Source: Patescibacteria group bacterium
GTDB taxonomy: Bacteria; Patescibacteriota; Patescibacteriia; UBA2196
DNA length: 64,000 nt
Assembly (NCBI GenBank): GCA_028748975.1
Contig: JAQTPI010000004.1
Location: 14,734 to 78,733, forward strand
Reading direction: 5' to 3'
Shown: positions 19,904-29,117 of the stretch, piece after piece
Position numbering within the stretch: position 1 is the first letter of the stretch
Layout of the letters: each line of letters starts with the position of its first letter
Notes under the pieces: generated by a model
The model's input: only the letters and a program-made list of their open reading frames with translations
Databases searched by the model: none
What the model was told of the DNA's origin: nothing
Translations under genes and position numbers: made by a program

Positions 19904-20055
19904 TGGTGGAGCCGGCAGGATTCGAACCTGCGACCTTTCAAACTCGTAGAATTGGCCAATTTTTCCCTCACGCGCGCTTGGGAAAATTTGGGCAATTTTT
20001 ACCCTCTTTTTTAAGGAGAGAAGTTTGAAAACTCTCCCAACTGAGCTACGGCCCC
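19904..20055 (-). tRNA. tRNA-Ala-like RNA with roughly 75-80-nt structured insert replacing the anticodon loop
   Basis: GGGGCCG/CGGCTCC-A-CCA (G3:U70, A73), normal D and T arms, extended stem TTCAAACT/AGTTTGAA, no Ala anticodon in canonical position. Confidence 0.7.
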
Positions 20056-20098
20056 GATTCAACACGAGAACAAAATCGTAAAATAAAGTGACTTTTTT

Positions 20099-20127
20099 AT
20101 TTTAACAAGGTCTAAAAAACTTGTCAA
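20099..20127 (-). promoter_or_regulatory. sigma70 promoter of the tRNA array
   Basis: TTGACA-17-TAAAAT with extended TG; DnaA box TTATCCACA adjoins the -35. Confidence 0.75.
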
Positions 20128-20208
20128 ATGTGGATAAGTAATATAAAATATAATAAGTAACTACCAATAAATAATAAGGGAAAAAATGAATAATCCCAAT
20201 GTTATTTT

Positions 20209-20502
20209 ATGCTAACACAAGAAGAAGTAAAACATATTGCGGATTTGGCGCGACTGGAACTGGTGCCGGAAGAGATTGAAAAATACCAAACACAGTTGGG
20301 GCGGATTTTGGATTATATAAATAAATTGGCGGAAGCCAAAACAGAAGGGGTGTCGACGGCGGATGGGGGAACGACGGATTTGGAAAACGTGTGGAGGACA
20401 GATGAAAAATCAGAAATTGGAAATCAGAAATCAGGTACGGATTTAATAAAAATGGCAGGAGAGGTGGAAGGAGGACAGGTGAAGGTGAAGAGTGTGTTTT
20501 AA
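20209..20502 (+). CDS. gatC: Asp/Glu-tRNA amidotransferase subunit C
   Basis: EEVKHIADLARLEL...ILDYINKL...VKVKSVF; precedes gatA. Confidence 0.92.
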   Translation: MLTQEEVKHIADLARLELVPEEIEKYQTQLGRILDYINKLAEAKTEGVSTADGGTTDLENVWRTDEKSEIGNQKSGTDLIKMAGEVEGGQVKVKSVF

Positions 20503-20611
20503 ACCATGAAAGCATGAAAACATAAAAGCATTAAAGCAAAAATAGTAATTAAAAATAAAGGTTAGTTGTTTTTGTTTTCATGTTTTAATGCTCTAATATT
20601 TTAATGTTGGT

Positions 20612-22030
20612 ATGATAAAAGAATTACATAATAAATTAATAAACAAAGAAATTTCGGCGGTGGAACTCACGACCGAGTATTTGGCGCGGGCTAAAAAATC
20701 AGATTTGAACGCTTTTATTACGATTACGGAAAGTGAAGCACTGGAACAAGCGGCGGTAGTGGACGAAGCGATTGAGAGAGGCGAAGAAATTCCGCTTTTG
20801 GCCGGCATACCGGCTTCCATTAAGGATTTATTAATGACAGAAGGCGTGCGCACGACCGCGGCTTCCAAAATTTTAGAAAATTATATCGCGCCTTATGACG
20901 CCACAGTGGTGAAAAAATTAAAAGAAAACGGTCTGGTCATGATTGGCAAAAACAACTGCGATGAATTTGCCATGGGGTCTTCCACCGAAAATTCAGCTTT
21001 TGGTCCGACTAAAAATCCTTATGACAAAACGCGAGTTGCGGGCGGCACTTCCGGCGGCTCCGCCGCCGCCGTAGCTAGTGATTTGTCCATCTATTCTATT
21101 GGCACGGACACTGGTGGCTCGGTGCGCCAACCAGCTGCTTTTTGTGGCGTGGTGGGAATGAAACCGACTTATGGGGCAGTTTCTCGTTTTGGGCTTATTG
21201 CTGACGCGTCATCACTGGATCAAGTCGGAGTGATTGCCAAAAGCGTGGAAGACGCGGAAATTGTTTTTAATGCTATTAAAGGGAAAGATGAGAGGGACGC
21301 GACTTCGACATTAAAACATGAAAACATTAAAACATTAAAACAAAACAATGGATTAAGGGGCATTAAAATTGGAATACCGAAAGAATATTTCAGCGAGGGT
21401 ATTGATCAGGAAGTGGGCGAGGCAATAGCTGATTTTATTAAACGGGCCAAAGATTTGGGCGCGGAAATTGTGGAAATAAGTTTGCCGCATATGGAGTATG
21501 CTTTGACCGTTTATTATATTATTCAGCCGGCCGAAGCCAGCGCGAATTTGGCACGTTATGACGGAGTTAGATACGGTAAATTAACAATTAACAATAAACA
21601 ATCAACAAATAACCAATTAATTGATATTTACAAAAAGACGCGGGCGGAGTTTTTGGGGCCGGAAGTGAAACGTAGAATAATGCTCGGGACATACGCTCTA
21701 TCTGCCGGCTACTATGATGCTTATTACAAAAAAGCGCAGCAGGTCCGGACTTTAATTCGAGAAGATTTTAAGAAAGCATTTGAGGAAGTGAATCTGATTT
21801 TCGCGCCAACCGCGCCGCATCCGGCTTGGAAAATTGGCGAAAAAATTGACGATCCCTTGGCAATGTATTTGGAAGATATTTTCACAGTGCCGGTTAATAT
21901 CGCAGGTTTGCCAGCACTGTCAGTGCCGGCCGGTATCACTAAAGCGGGGCTGCCAATTGGCGCGCAGATTATTGGTGGTTGGGGAAAAGAGGAAGAAATA
22001 TTTCAGGCGGGGAAAACGTTAGAGTTATAG
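20612..22030 (+). CDS. gatA: Asp/Glu-tRNA amidotransferase subunit A
   Basis: Amidase signature GGTSGGSAAAVA, GTDTGGSVRQPA, EVKRRIMLGTYALSAGYYDAYY. Confidence 0.97.
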   Translation: MIKELHNKLINKEISAVELTTEYLARAKKSDLNAFITITESEALEQAAVVDEAIERGEEIPLLAGIPASIKDLLMTEGVRTTAASKILENYIAPYDATVVKKLKENGLVMIGKNNCDEFAMGSSTENSAFGPTKNPYDKTRVAGGTSGGSAAAVASDLSIYSIGTDTGGSVRQPAAFCGVVGMKPTYGAVSRFGLIADASSLDQVGVIAKSVEDAEIVFNAIKGKDERDATSTLKHENIKTLKQNNGLRGIKIGIPKEYFSEGIDQEVGEAIADFIKRAKDLGAEIVEISLPHMEYALTVYYIIQPAEASANLARYDGVRYGKLTINNKQSTNNQLIDIYKKTRAEFLGPEVKRRIMLGTYALSAGYYDAYYKKAQQVRTLIREDFKKAFEEVNLIFAPTAPHPAWKIGEKIDDPLAMYLEDIFTVPVNIAGLPALSVPAGITKAGLPIGAQIIGGWGKEEEIFQAGKTLEL

Positions 22031-22113
22031 CCAAAAAACCTGGATTTGGTTTAGTGCTTGACATTTGGGTTTGAATTATTTTTTGTTTGTGTTAAAATTA
22101 AGTAATAAAATTT

Positions 22114-22183
22114 ACGAGATCCCTCGGCTCCCCGCCTAAATTTTTGCCCCGCAAAAATTTAGGCGGGTCGCTCGGGATAAACT
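22114..22183. repeat. Solo REP-like repeat (GIY-YIG family)
   Basis: TACGAGATCCCTCGGCTC-[hairpin]-TCGCTCGGGATAAACTA; same ends as 28916-28968 (inverted) and 52745-52798. Confidence 0.85.
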
Positions 22184-22192
22184 AAAAACTTT

Positions 22193-22441
22193 ATGCATAT
22201 CAGAATCTATTCCACCCCGGCTTGCGGCTATTGTCGACTGGCCAAAGAATTTTTGAAAAGCAAAAACATGGAGTTTGAAGATGTGGACGTGATGGCTGAT
22301 GAAAAAGCGGCCGAAGAAATGATCAAGCTTTCCGGACAGATGGGCGTGCCGGTAATTGTCGTGACCAAAGATGACAGCTCGCAGGAAATTTTGGTGGGGT
22401 TTCAGGAAGAAAAACTTAAGCAAATATTAAAAATTAACTAA
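22193..22441 (+). CDS. Glutaredoxin/NrdH-like redoxin
   Basis: YSTPACGYC...SGQMGVPVI...GF. Confidence 0.9.
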   Translation: MHIRIYSTPACGYCRLAKEFLKSKNMEFEDVDVMADEKAAEEMIKLSGQMGVPVIVVTKDDSSQEILVGFQEEKLKQILKIN

Positions 22442-22528
22442 CTGCGAATTTTGCGAATTACGGCGAATTGTGCGAATAGAGGATTATTCGTGAAATTAGC
22501 CTAAATTAGCAATATTAGCATCAAACAT

Positions 22529-23257
22529 ATGCCAGAAGAAACAAAAGAAACAAAAGCGCCAAAGACAGCCAAGTCGCCGAATCAATTTATGTTTGGTTTG
22601 GTGTCGGGCGTGGCCGTGATCGCGGTAATTGGCGCGGCAATTTTTGGAGTGATGTATTTTAAGGACAAAAAAAATGGCAATGTGGCCGGTGTAAACACCA
22701 ATAATCAACAACAACAGGCCCAGGAACAGCCGACGGCCAAACCATTTACGGCGCAGATTGCCGAGACCGACCACGTGCTTGGCAACAAAGACGCCAAAGT
22801 GAAAATTTTTGAATTTTCCGATTTTCAATGTCCCTATTGCGCGCGTTTTCATGAAGCGATGAAGGAATTGGTCAAAGCCTATCCCAATGACGTGGCTTGG
22901 GTTTTCAAAAATTTTCCAATTGAATCGCATCCGCTTGGTTTGCCAGGTGCTCTCGCGGCCGAATGCGCGGGCGAACAGGGCAAATTTTTTGAAATGGCTG
23001 ACAAAATTTTTGCCGGACAGACCAGTTTAACGACTGATAGTTTTAATACTTTCGCAACCGAATTAGGTTTAGATTTAACTAAATTTAAATCTTGCGTGGC
23101 CGAAGAAAAGCCGAAAAATAAAATCATCGCGGATTATCAGTTAGGGATTGATTCGGGCGTCGAGGGCACACCGACCAGTTTTGTGAATGGGGAAGCAGTA
23201 CCGGGCGCACTGCCGCTGGAAAGCTTAAAACAAATGGTTGATAAATTACTGAAGTAA
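22529..23257 (+). CDS. DsbA/BdbD-like thioredoxin-fold membrane protein
   Basis: TM anchor; EFSDFQCPYC, AAECAGEQGKF, GVEGTPTSFVNG. Confidence 0.9.
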   Translation: MPEETKETKAPKTAKSPNQFMFGLVSGVAVIAVIGAAIFGVMYFKDKKNGNVAGVNTNNQQQQAQEQPTAKPFTAQIAETDHVLGNKDAKVKIFEFSDFQCPYCARFHEAMKELVKAYPNDVAWVFKNFPIESHPLGLPGALAAECAGEQGKFFEMADKIFAGQTSLTTDSFNTFATELGLDLTKFKSCVAEEKPKNKIIADYQLGIDSGVEGTPTSFVNGEAVPGALPLESLKQMVDKLLK

Positions 23258-23259
23258 GT

Positions 23260-23590
23260 TTTTCTTTTGCCACCTTTTTATAAAGGTGGCGCCAAAATCG
23301 CCGCTGTAAAAAAGTAGTTTTTATGCCCCTTTCTTTGGACAAAGACTTTTTTCCGTTCTTTTTTTAGAAAAAAGAACCAAAAAAGCGCCGCCAGCAAAAA
23401 AGCTTCCACAAAATCGGCTGCGTCCTCGCTAAACCCGTTAACTCCTTGTTCCGCCTCGTCCTGATGGACTTCGGCGGAACTGCGTCAGACAGAAGCGGGT
23501 TTTTCTCCGCCCCGGGCGGAGAACCGCTCCGACTTAGCTCGATTTTGTCGGGAACCTTTTTTGAAGCGGCAGTCGCAACGATGACATAAT
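23260..23590 (+). repeat. Structured dispersed element, copy 1
   Basis: Shares GCCACCTTTT..AAAGGTGGCGCCAAAA..CGCCGC..AAAAAAG, GTTAACTCCT, CGTCAGACAGAAGC and CTTTTTT..GCGGCAGTCGC.ACGAT with 36798-37035. Confidence 0.75.
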
Positions 23591-23613
23591 TGTTTTAATG
23601 TTTTAATGACTTG

Positions 23614-24687
23614 ATGTTTTTACATAATTATATTCCCAATCCAATTTTACTTGATTTAGGATTTTATCAAATCCGCTGGTATGGCCTTATTTTAGCGTTG
23701 GCCGTGGCTGGCGGATTTTTTATTCTTGCCCGCCTTCGCCGCTACGGTCAAGCCGGCGGCTATGGCGGGCAAGTTTCTGATCTTTTTACCAAAGACAATT
23801 TTTTTAATCTATTATTTTGGGTTGCGATTTGGGGAATTATCGGCGGAAGGTTGGTTCATGTTTTAACTTTTTTTGATTATTACTGGCAGCGGCCGCTGCA
23901 GATACTCGCAATTTGGAACGGGGGAATCGCTTTCTATGGCGTGTTTGCTGGTGGGTTAATTGCGGCAGGGGTTTTGACGCGCCGTGTCATCCTGAGCGAA
24001 GCCCGAATCCGCCAGCTGGCGGAGAGGGCGAAGCCGAAGGATTCCTCATACTTTCCATATGATAAAGGCGAAGGCCCGCCCGCCATGACTTCGTCAAGGC
24101 GAAGTCGGGCGGGGATTCATCGCTCCGCTCGGAATGACAAGAAAAACAAAACCATTATTCATCATTCATTATTCATTATTCTTGATGCCCTCGTCGTCGG
24201 CTTGGCTTTCGGCCAATTCATCGGCCGGTGGGGAAATTGGTTTAATCAGGAGCTTTTTGGAGGGCCAACGAATTTGCCTTGGGGAATTCCGATTGATATT
24301 TGGCATAGGCCAGTCGGCTTGGAAAATTTTACTTACTTTCATCCAATTTTTTTGTATGAGAGTCTGTTTTCTTTGGTTTTGTTTTTGGGGTTGTATTTTT
24401 TATACAAAAAAATACATTGTCATTTCGGGCCGAGACCCGGAATCCAGGAGAGTGGATCCCGGATCGGAGTCCGGGATGACAAGGCGGGTTTTGTTTTCTC
24501 CGCTTTTTTAATCTTCCATTCCACTGCCCGGTTTTTTTTGGAGTTTTTGCGCCTTGACGCGCAGCCGGAGTTTTTGGGTCTGTGCCTTTTCCAGTGGGTG
24601 GCGATAATAGAATTTATTTTGGGGTGGGTTGTGTATTTTTATGTTAGGGTGTGGTATAATAAAAGTAAGCTACGAATTTACGAATAA
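23614..24687 (+). CDS. lgt: Prolipoprotein diacylglyceryl transferase with in-frame repeat insertions
   Basis: IRWYG, IGGRL.HV, IWNGG, IGRWGNWFNQELFG, HPIFLYES, RFFLEFLR. Confidence 0.93.
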   Translation: MFLHNYIPNPILLDLGFYQIRWYGLILALAVAGGFFILARLRRYGQAGGYGGQVSDLFTKDNFFNLLFWVAIWGIIGGRLVHVLTFFDYYWQRPLQILAIWNGGIAFYGVFAGGLIAAGVLTRRVILSEARIRQLAERAKPKDSSYFPYDKGEGPPAMTSSRRSRAGIHRSARNDKKNKTIIHHSLFIILDALVVGLAFGQFIGRWGNWFNQELFGGPTNLPWGIPIDIWHRPVGLENFTYFHPIFLYESLFSLVLFLGLYFLYKKIHCHFGPRPGIQESGSRIGVRDDKAGFVFSAFLIFHSTARFFLEFLRLDAQPEFLGLCLFQWVAIIEFILGWVVYFYVRVWYNKSKLRIYE

Positions 24688-24776
24688 AACGAATGTACGA
24701 ATAAAGCGCAGAAACTTACCGCTATTCGTATATTCGTAGGATTTGTACATTCGTAAATAAAATTATTATTAATTTT

Positions 24777-25505
24777 ATGAAACCAAAAATTTTATTGATC
24801 GTTATTTTAGGTCTTTTTCTAACCCTTGGCACAGCGAATTTTGCTTTGGCTGATTGTAATTGCCAGTGTGAACAAAACGCACCAATAACTAGGGTAAAAG
24901 ATTTGATTACTTGTCGATCAAGTTGTCCAACACCGGCATCTGGAATTCCAGTAGAATGTCCAGTAATAAACGATAATCAGTGTGTTTGTGTTTGTAATAG
25001 TGGTTTATTAAGACATTTAACAGAACCTGGATCAGATTGTTCGACGGTCTGTTCTTCTGCTCAGGGAATAAATCAACCACAAACAACATGCGGATTAGCT
25101 ACTGCAAAGGATTGCATATGTTCTGATGGAACAAGAATGGGAAAAGTAATTTTTGACGAAGACTGTAAATCGAGATGCGCGGCTGCCGTGAATAATACTA
25201 GTGCTTCGGCTGGCGGCACACCAAATTCACAAGTTGAGCCGAGTACCCTCAGTAATCCACTGGGAGAGGTAAAGAGTGTTTCGCAGATTGCTGGGAAAAT
25301 CATCCAGGTAATAATTAGTTTACTGGGCGTGATTTCTTTATGTATGTTTATTTTTGCCGGTTTCACCTGGCTCACGGCCGGCGGCCGACCGGACGCTGTT
25401 AAGAAGGGCAGGGAAACAATGATTTGGGCGGTGGCGGGTTTGGCCGTGGTGTTTTCCAGTTATATTATTTTGAAGTTTGTATTTAAGATTTTGAGTGGTT
25501 TTTAG
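24777..25505 (+). CDS. CPR-type pilin (TrbC/VirB2-like C-terminus) with Cys-rich N-terminal region
   Basis: Signal peptide, about 20 Cys, then LSNPLG...IIQVIISLLG...AGFTWLTAGG...VKKGRETMIWAVAGL. Confidence 0.8.
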   Translation: MKPKILLIVILGLFLTLGTANFALADCNCQCEQNAPITRVKDLITCRSSCPTPASGIPVECPVINDNQCVCVCNSGLLRHLTEPGSDCSTVCSSAQGINQPQTTCGLATAKDCICSDGTRMGKVIFDEDCKSRCAAAVNNTSASAGGTPNSQVEPSTLSNPLGEVKSVSQIAGKIIQVIISLLGVISLCMFIFAGFTWLTAGGRPDAVKKGRETMIWAVAGLAVVFSSYIILKFVFKILSGF

Positions 25506-25588
25506 TATTTTTTATTATAATTTAATTAGAAAAGGTTAATCAATTAAGGTTGGAAATTCTTTTTAGAATCTCCACGGAAAGAAAAAAT

Positions 25589-25762
25589 ATGGAAATGTTA
25601 GTCGTTGCCTCCAAAGTCAAAGCTTTTATTAAGGAAAAAGGCTGCCACACCTCTGGCGAACTGACCGACGCTTTGAATGTTAAAGTGGCGGAAATGTTAA
25701 CTGAAGCTGTAAAACGCACCCAAGGCAACAAAAGAAGCACGGTTAAAGATGTGGATCTATAG
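25589..25762 (+). CDS. Bacterial histone-fold protein
   Basis: MEMLVVASKVKAFIKEKGCHTSGELTDALN...AVKRTQGNKRSTVKDVDL; RxTV..xD motif; resembles Leptospira HLp / Bdellovibrio Bd0055 as recalled. Confidence 0.85.
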   Translation: MEMLVVASKVKAFIKEKGCHTSGELTDALNVKVAEMLTEAVKRTQGNKRSTVKDVDL

Positions 25763-25883
25763 GGAAGACGCAGAAGGCCACGCGGAACCACACGGAAGAA
25801 ATAATTTATGTTTTTAGAAACCCCCTTAATGGGGGTTTAATTTTCCTTGCTATTGAACAGCGTTTATTCTATAATAAGTCTGT

Positions 25884-26624
25884 ATGACATTGTTTTATAT
25901 AATTTTGGCCACGCTTTTTATCAGCTTGATTTCGCTTTTGGCGGTTTTTTTATTTTTTAAATTTGGCCTGCATCGCCGGCTGGGAAATTTAATCAGTTTA
26001 TCAGCCGGAGTACTCCTCGCGGTGGCCTGGCTGGACACCTTGCCCGAGGCCTATAAGAACGGCCTGTCTTTTGAAAATTTGGGTTTGACCGTGCTTTTAA
26101 CTATTTTAATTTTATTTTTAGCCGAAGCGACTTTTCATTGGCATTCTTGCCAGCACGGTGATTGTGAAGCGGAAAAACACAAACACTTGGCTTGGTTTAA
26201 TTTGTTTGGCGACGGCTTGCATAATTTCGTGGATGGCGCGGTCATTGCGGCGGCTTTTTTGGCTGATGTTAAACTGGGACTGATTACGACGCTCGCGGTT
26301 TTGGTTCATGAAATTCCGCAGGAACTTTCCGATGCCAGCATTTTGAATTTTTCCGGTTTAACTAAAAAAAGAATTTATGGGTTTAATTTTTTATTCGCAA
26401 TTCTCGCCATGGCTGGCGGAGTGGCGACCTATTGTTTTGTTTTAAAATTTTCCATCATGGCTTATCTTTTGGCCATTGCCGGCGCGAATTTTATTTATCT
26501 GTCCTTGACAGATTTGATGCCTTTGGTGCACGAAGGGAATGAAAGAAAAAAAATTGTGAGTCAGGTGATTTGGTTTTTAATCGGAGTGAGTGTGATTTAT
26601 GGGTTGGGGGTGGTGGCGAAATAG
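25884..26624 (+). CDS. ZIP family metal transporter
   Basis: GDGLHNFVDG, HEIPQE, His-rich loop, multiple TMs. Confidence 0.92.
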   Translation: MTLFYIILATLFISLISLLAVFLFFKFGLHRRLGNLISLSAGVLLAVAWLDTLPEAYKNGLSFENLGLTVLLTILILFLAEATFHWHSCQHGDCEAEKHKHLAWFNLFGDGLHNFVDGAVIAAAFLADVKLGLITTLAVLVHEIPQELSDASILNFSGLTKKRIYGFNFLFAILAMAGGVATYCFVLKFSIMAYLLAIAGANFIYLSLTDLMPLVHEGNERKKIVSQVIWFLIGVSVIYGLGVVAK

Positions 26625-27153
26625 TCGTTTGTCGTTGAATGGCATCGCGGCCCGTATTGTGATACGGTTTACATTTTACGGCTATTAAATAGAATAAATT
26701 TATGGAACAGATTCCAATAAAAAAACCAATAATAAGTTTTAGAGATCTTGATGTTTATCAAAATTCTTATCGAGCAAGTATTGTCGTGATGACCAAAATA
26801 ATTCCCGCACTTCCAGCAAATGAGAAATATGATTTAAAAGATCAAATACAAAGAGCGTGTAAAGCAATTCCGCGTTTAATAGCCGAGGGTTTTGCAAAGA
26901 AACATCAGAAATTTGGTTTTCAGAAGTATCTTGATGATGCAATGGCCGAGTGTAATGAAATGATTGTTTGTATAGAACATGTAAAAGATATTTATAGAAT
27001 TCAAACAGATTTATGCGAAGAATTAATTGATACTTATGATAAGTCTGCAAGACAGCTGTTTAAATTAGGTGAGGCATGGTGCAATTTTAAGAATAGGAGA
27101 CGAATGACGATGCCGAATGACGATACGGGTGGCGACGCCGTATAACGTAAAAC
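26624..27153 (+). mobile_element. Four-helix-bundle gene unit with ~34-bp imperfect terminal inverted repeats
   Basis: Left TCGTTTGTCGTTGAATGGCATCGCGGCCCGTATT; right ACGATACGGGTGGCGACGCCGTATAACGTAAAAC; same arms in the empty element at 41205-41313. Confidence 0.6.
26702..27145 (+). CDS. Four helix bundle protein (23S rRNA IVP / Avd-like, TIGR02436 type)
   Basis: SFRDLDVYQ...LPANEKYDLKDQIQRA...IPRLIAEGF. Confidence 0.9.
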   Translation: MEQIPIKKPIISFRDLDVYQNSYRASIVVMTKIIPALPANEKYDLKDQIQRACKAIPRLIAEGFAKKHQKFGFQKYLDDAMAECNEMIVCIEHVKDIYRIQTDLCEELIDTYDKSARQLFKLGEAWCNFKNRRRMTMPNDDTGGDAV

Positions 27154-27180
27154 AATTAATAATTTTTTAAGATAAAATAT

Positions 27181-28911
27181 ATGAAACGAATTTTTATTAT
27201 TTTATTTCTGTTTGTATTGGTTTTTCCGTTAGCTACGCGCGCGGAAGAAATTTCTTCGTTTAAGGTGGCGATGGAAGTTAATCCCAACGGGAAGTTTTTG
27301 GTAGTGGAAAAAATCGTTTATGATTTTGGGGTGCCAATGGTGGAGAAGCACGGGATTTATCGCGATATTCCTTACCAATATAAGATAGAAAATAAGACCC
27401 GCGAGATTGGTTTGAAGGTTTTAAGCGTTAAAGACGAAAATGGCGCGTCGGTTAATTACGAAAGAAGCACCGGTAATGGCGTGGTGCGCCTGAAAATCGG
27501 CAAAGCCAATGTTTTGGTTTCTGGCCTTAAAACCTACGTCATTACCTATGAAATTTCGGACGCGGTTAATTTTTTTGATAATCAGGATGAAATCTATTGG
27601 AATGTGACGGGCAACGGCTGGGAAGTGCCGATTATTTTGGCGGAAGCCAGAATTTCCGCGCCGTTTTTTGGCACAGAAAAAGATAAAATTCAAGCCGTCT
27701 GTTATACCGGCGTTTATGGCGCTAAAGACAAAAATTGCCAAATTGGCTGGCAGGGCGAGGAAATAGTTTTAACAGCAGGTTCTTTAGCGGCGAGCGAAGG
27801 GCTTTCGGTGGCAGTGGGTTGGCCCAAGGGCTTGGTGAAAGGGCCATCAGAGGCAAGTATTTTATGGAATAAAATTCGCCAGTTTTTACCATTACTTTTT
27901 CCCATCATTATTTTTATTTATTTATATATTTATTGGAAAAAGCACGGCAAAGATCCGGCTGGGCGCGGCACGATTATTCCGGAATATGAACCGCCAAAAC
28001 AAATGCTCCCGGGTGAAGGCGGAGTAGTGATTGATGAAAAAATGGACACGCGCGACATCACGGCGACGGTGATTGATTTGGCGCGGCGCGGATATTTCAA
28101 GTTGGCAGAAGTGGAGAAAAAAGTTTTGGGAATTGGAGCGGGCAAGGACTGGAAAATTATTAAAACCAAAGAAGCGGACGCCAATTTAAGTGATTTTGAA
28201 AAAGAATTATACGATACGTTTTTATCCGGACGGCAGGAAGTTTTGGTTTCTGATTTGAAACAACAGACAACTGCGCGCCAACATATTAAAAAAATGAAGG
28301 AATTAGTTTATGAAGCAGTAGTGGTTAAGGGCTGGTTTGCGGCTAATCCGGATAAGGCCAGACAAAAATTTGTGGGAATTGGTACGGCAATTATTATTGG
28401 GTTGTTTGTAGCTGGTGGGGCGCTGGGTCTTTTTCAATTTGGCGCGATCATGATTATTTCTTTAATTATTTCCGCAGCCTTGTTTATTATCTTTGGCAAA
28501 TATATGCCGCAGAAAACAGAAGAGGGCGCTTTGGCCAAAGAATATTTGGATGGATTTAAAATGTTTTTAAGTGTGACAGAGAAAGATCGGGTGGAGTTTC
28601 ATTTTTCACCTTCGGCACACCCGGAAAAGTTTGCGGAGTATCTGCCCTGGGCGATTATTTTTGGAGTGGAAAAACAATGGGCGGAAGTTTTCAAAGGTAT
28701 TGATTTGCCGGCGCCGGATTGGTATGAAGGCAATTGGAGCGGAATGTATACAGCGATGATTTTGAGCGATTCGCTCCATTCTTTTGATTCCAATTTTAGC
28801 AAAGCCATGACAGCGGTTGGGGCGAGCGCCGCCGCGGGCGGAGCTTCGGGCTTTGGCGGCGGGGGATTTTCCGGCGGCGGCTTTGGCGGCGGCGGGGGAG
28901 GGAGTTGGTAA
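27181..28911 (+). CDS. DUF2207 family membrane protein
   Basis: HGIYRDIP, YWNVTGNGW, ATVIDLARRGY, YLPWAIIFGVEKQW, Gly-rich GGGGGGSW end. Confidence 0.92.
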   Translation: MKRIFIILFLFVLVFPLATRAEEISSFKVAMEVNPNGKFLVVEKIVYDFGVPMVEKHGIYRDIPYQYKIENKTREIGLKVLSVKDENGASVNYERSTGNGVVRLKIGKANVLVSGLKTYVITYEISDAVNFFDNQDEIYWNVTGNGWEVPIILAEARISAPFFGTEKDKIQAVCYTGVYGAKDKNCQIGWQGEEIVLTAGSLAASEGLSVAVGWPKGLVKGPSEASILWNKIRQFLPLLFPIIIFIYLYIYWKKHGKDPAGRGTIIPEYEPPKQMLPGEGGVVIDEKMDTRDITATVIDLARRGYFKLAEVEKKVLGIGAGKDWKIIKTKEADANLSDFEKELYDTFLSGRQEVLVSDLKQQTTARQHIKKMKELVYEAVVVKGWFAANPDKARQKFVGIGTAIIIGLFVAGGALGLFQFGAIMIISLIISAALFIIFGKYMPQKTEEGALAKEYLDGFKMFLSVTEKDRVEFHFSPSAHPEKFAEYLPWAIIFGVEKQWAEVFKGIDLPAPDWYEGNWSGMYTAMILSDSLHSFDSNFSKAMTAVGASAAAGGASGFGGGGFSGGGFGGGGGGSW

Positions 28912-28915
28912 ATTG

Positions 28916-28968
28916 TAGTTTATCCCGAGCGAGGCCGATAGCCATCGGCTGAGTCGAGGGATCTCGTG
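28916..28968. repeat. Solo REP-like repeat (GIY-YIG family)
   Basis: TAGTTTATCCCGAGCGA-[GCCGAT hairpin]-GAGTCGAGGGATCTCGT. Confidence 0.85.
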
Positions 28969-29117
28969 GAAGAAAAAGGTAATAAGTAACTAGTAATAAG
29001 TAATAAGGAAAACAAAACCCAACGAGAATTACAAAAGCCGCCCCGACATTCGTCGGGGCGGCTTATTATTAAATTTTATTAGCATTATTCGCCCATCATT
29101 CGCAGTATTTGTAAATT

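Noticed and set aside
19904-20055. Second tmRNA or group I intron-containing tRNA
   Set aside because: It has a full D arm, the insert is under 80 nt with no tag ORF or intron core, and a genuine tmRNA lies at 32089-32485.
26702-27145. Diversity-generating retroelement (Avd-like gene)
   Set aside because: No reverse transcriptase in the window, and I saw no repeat pair differing specifically at adenines.
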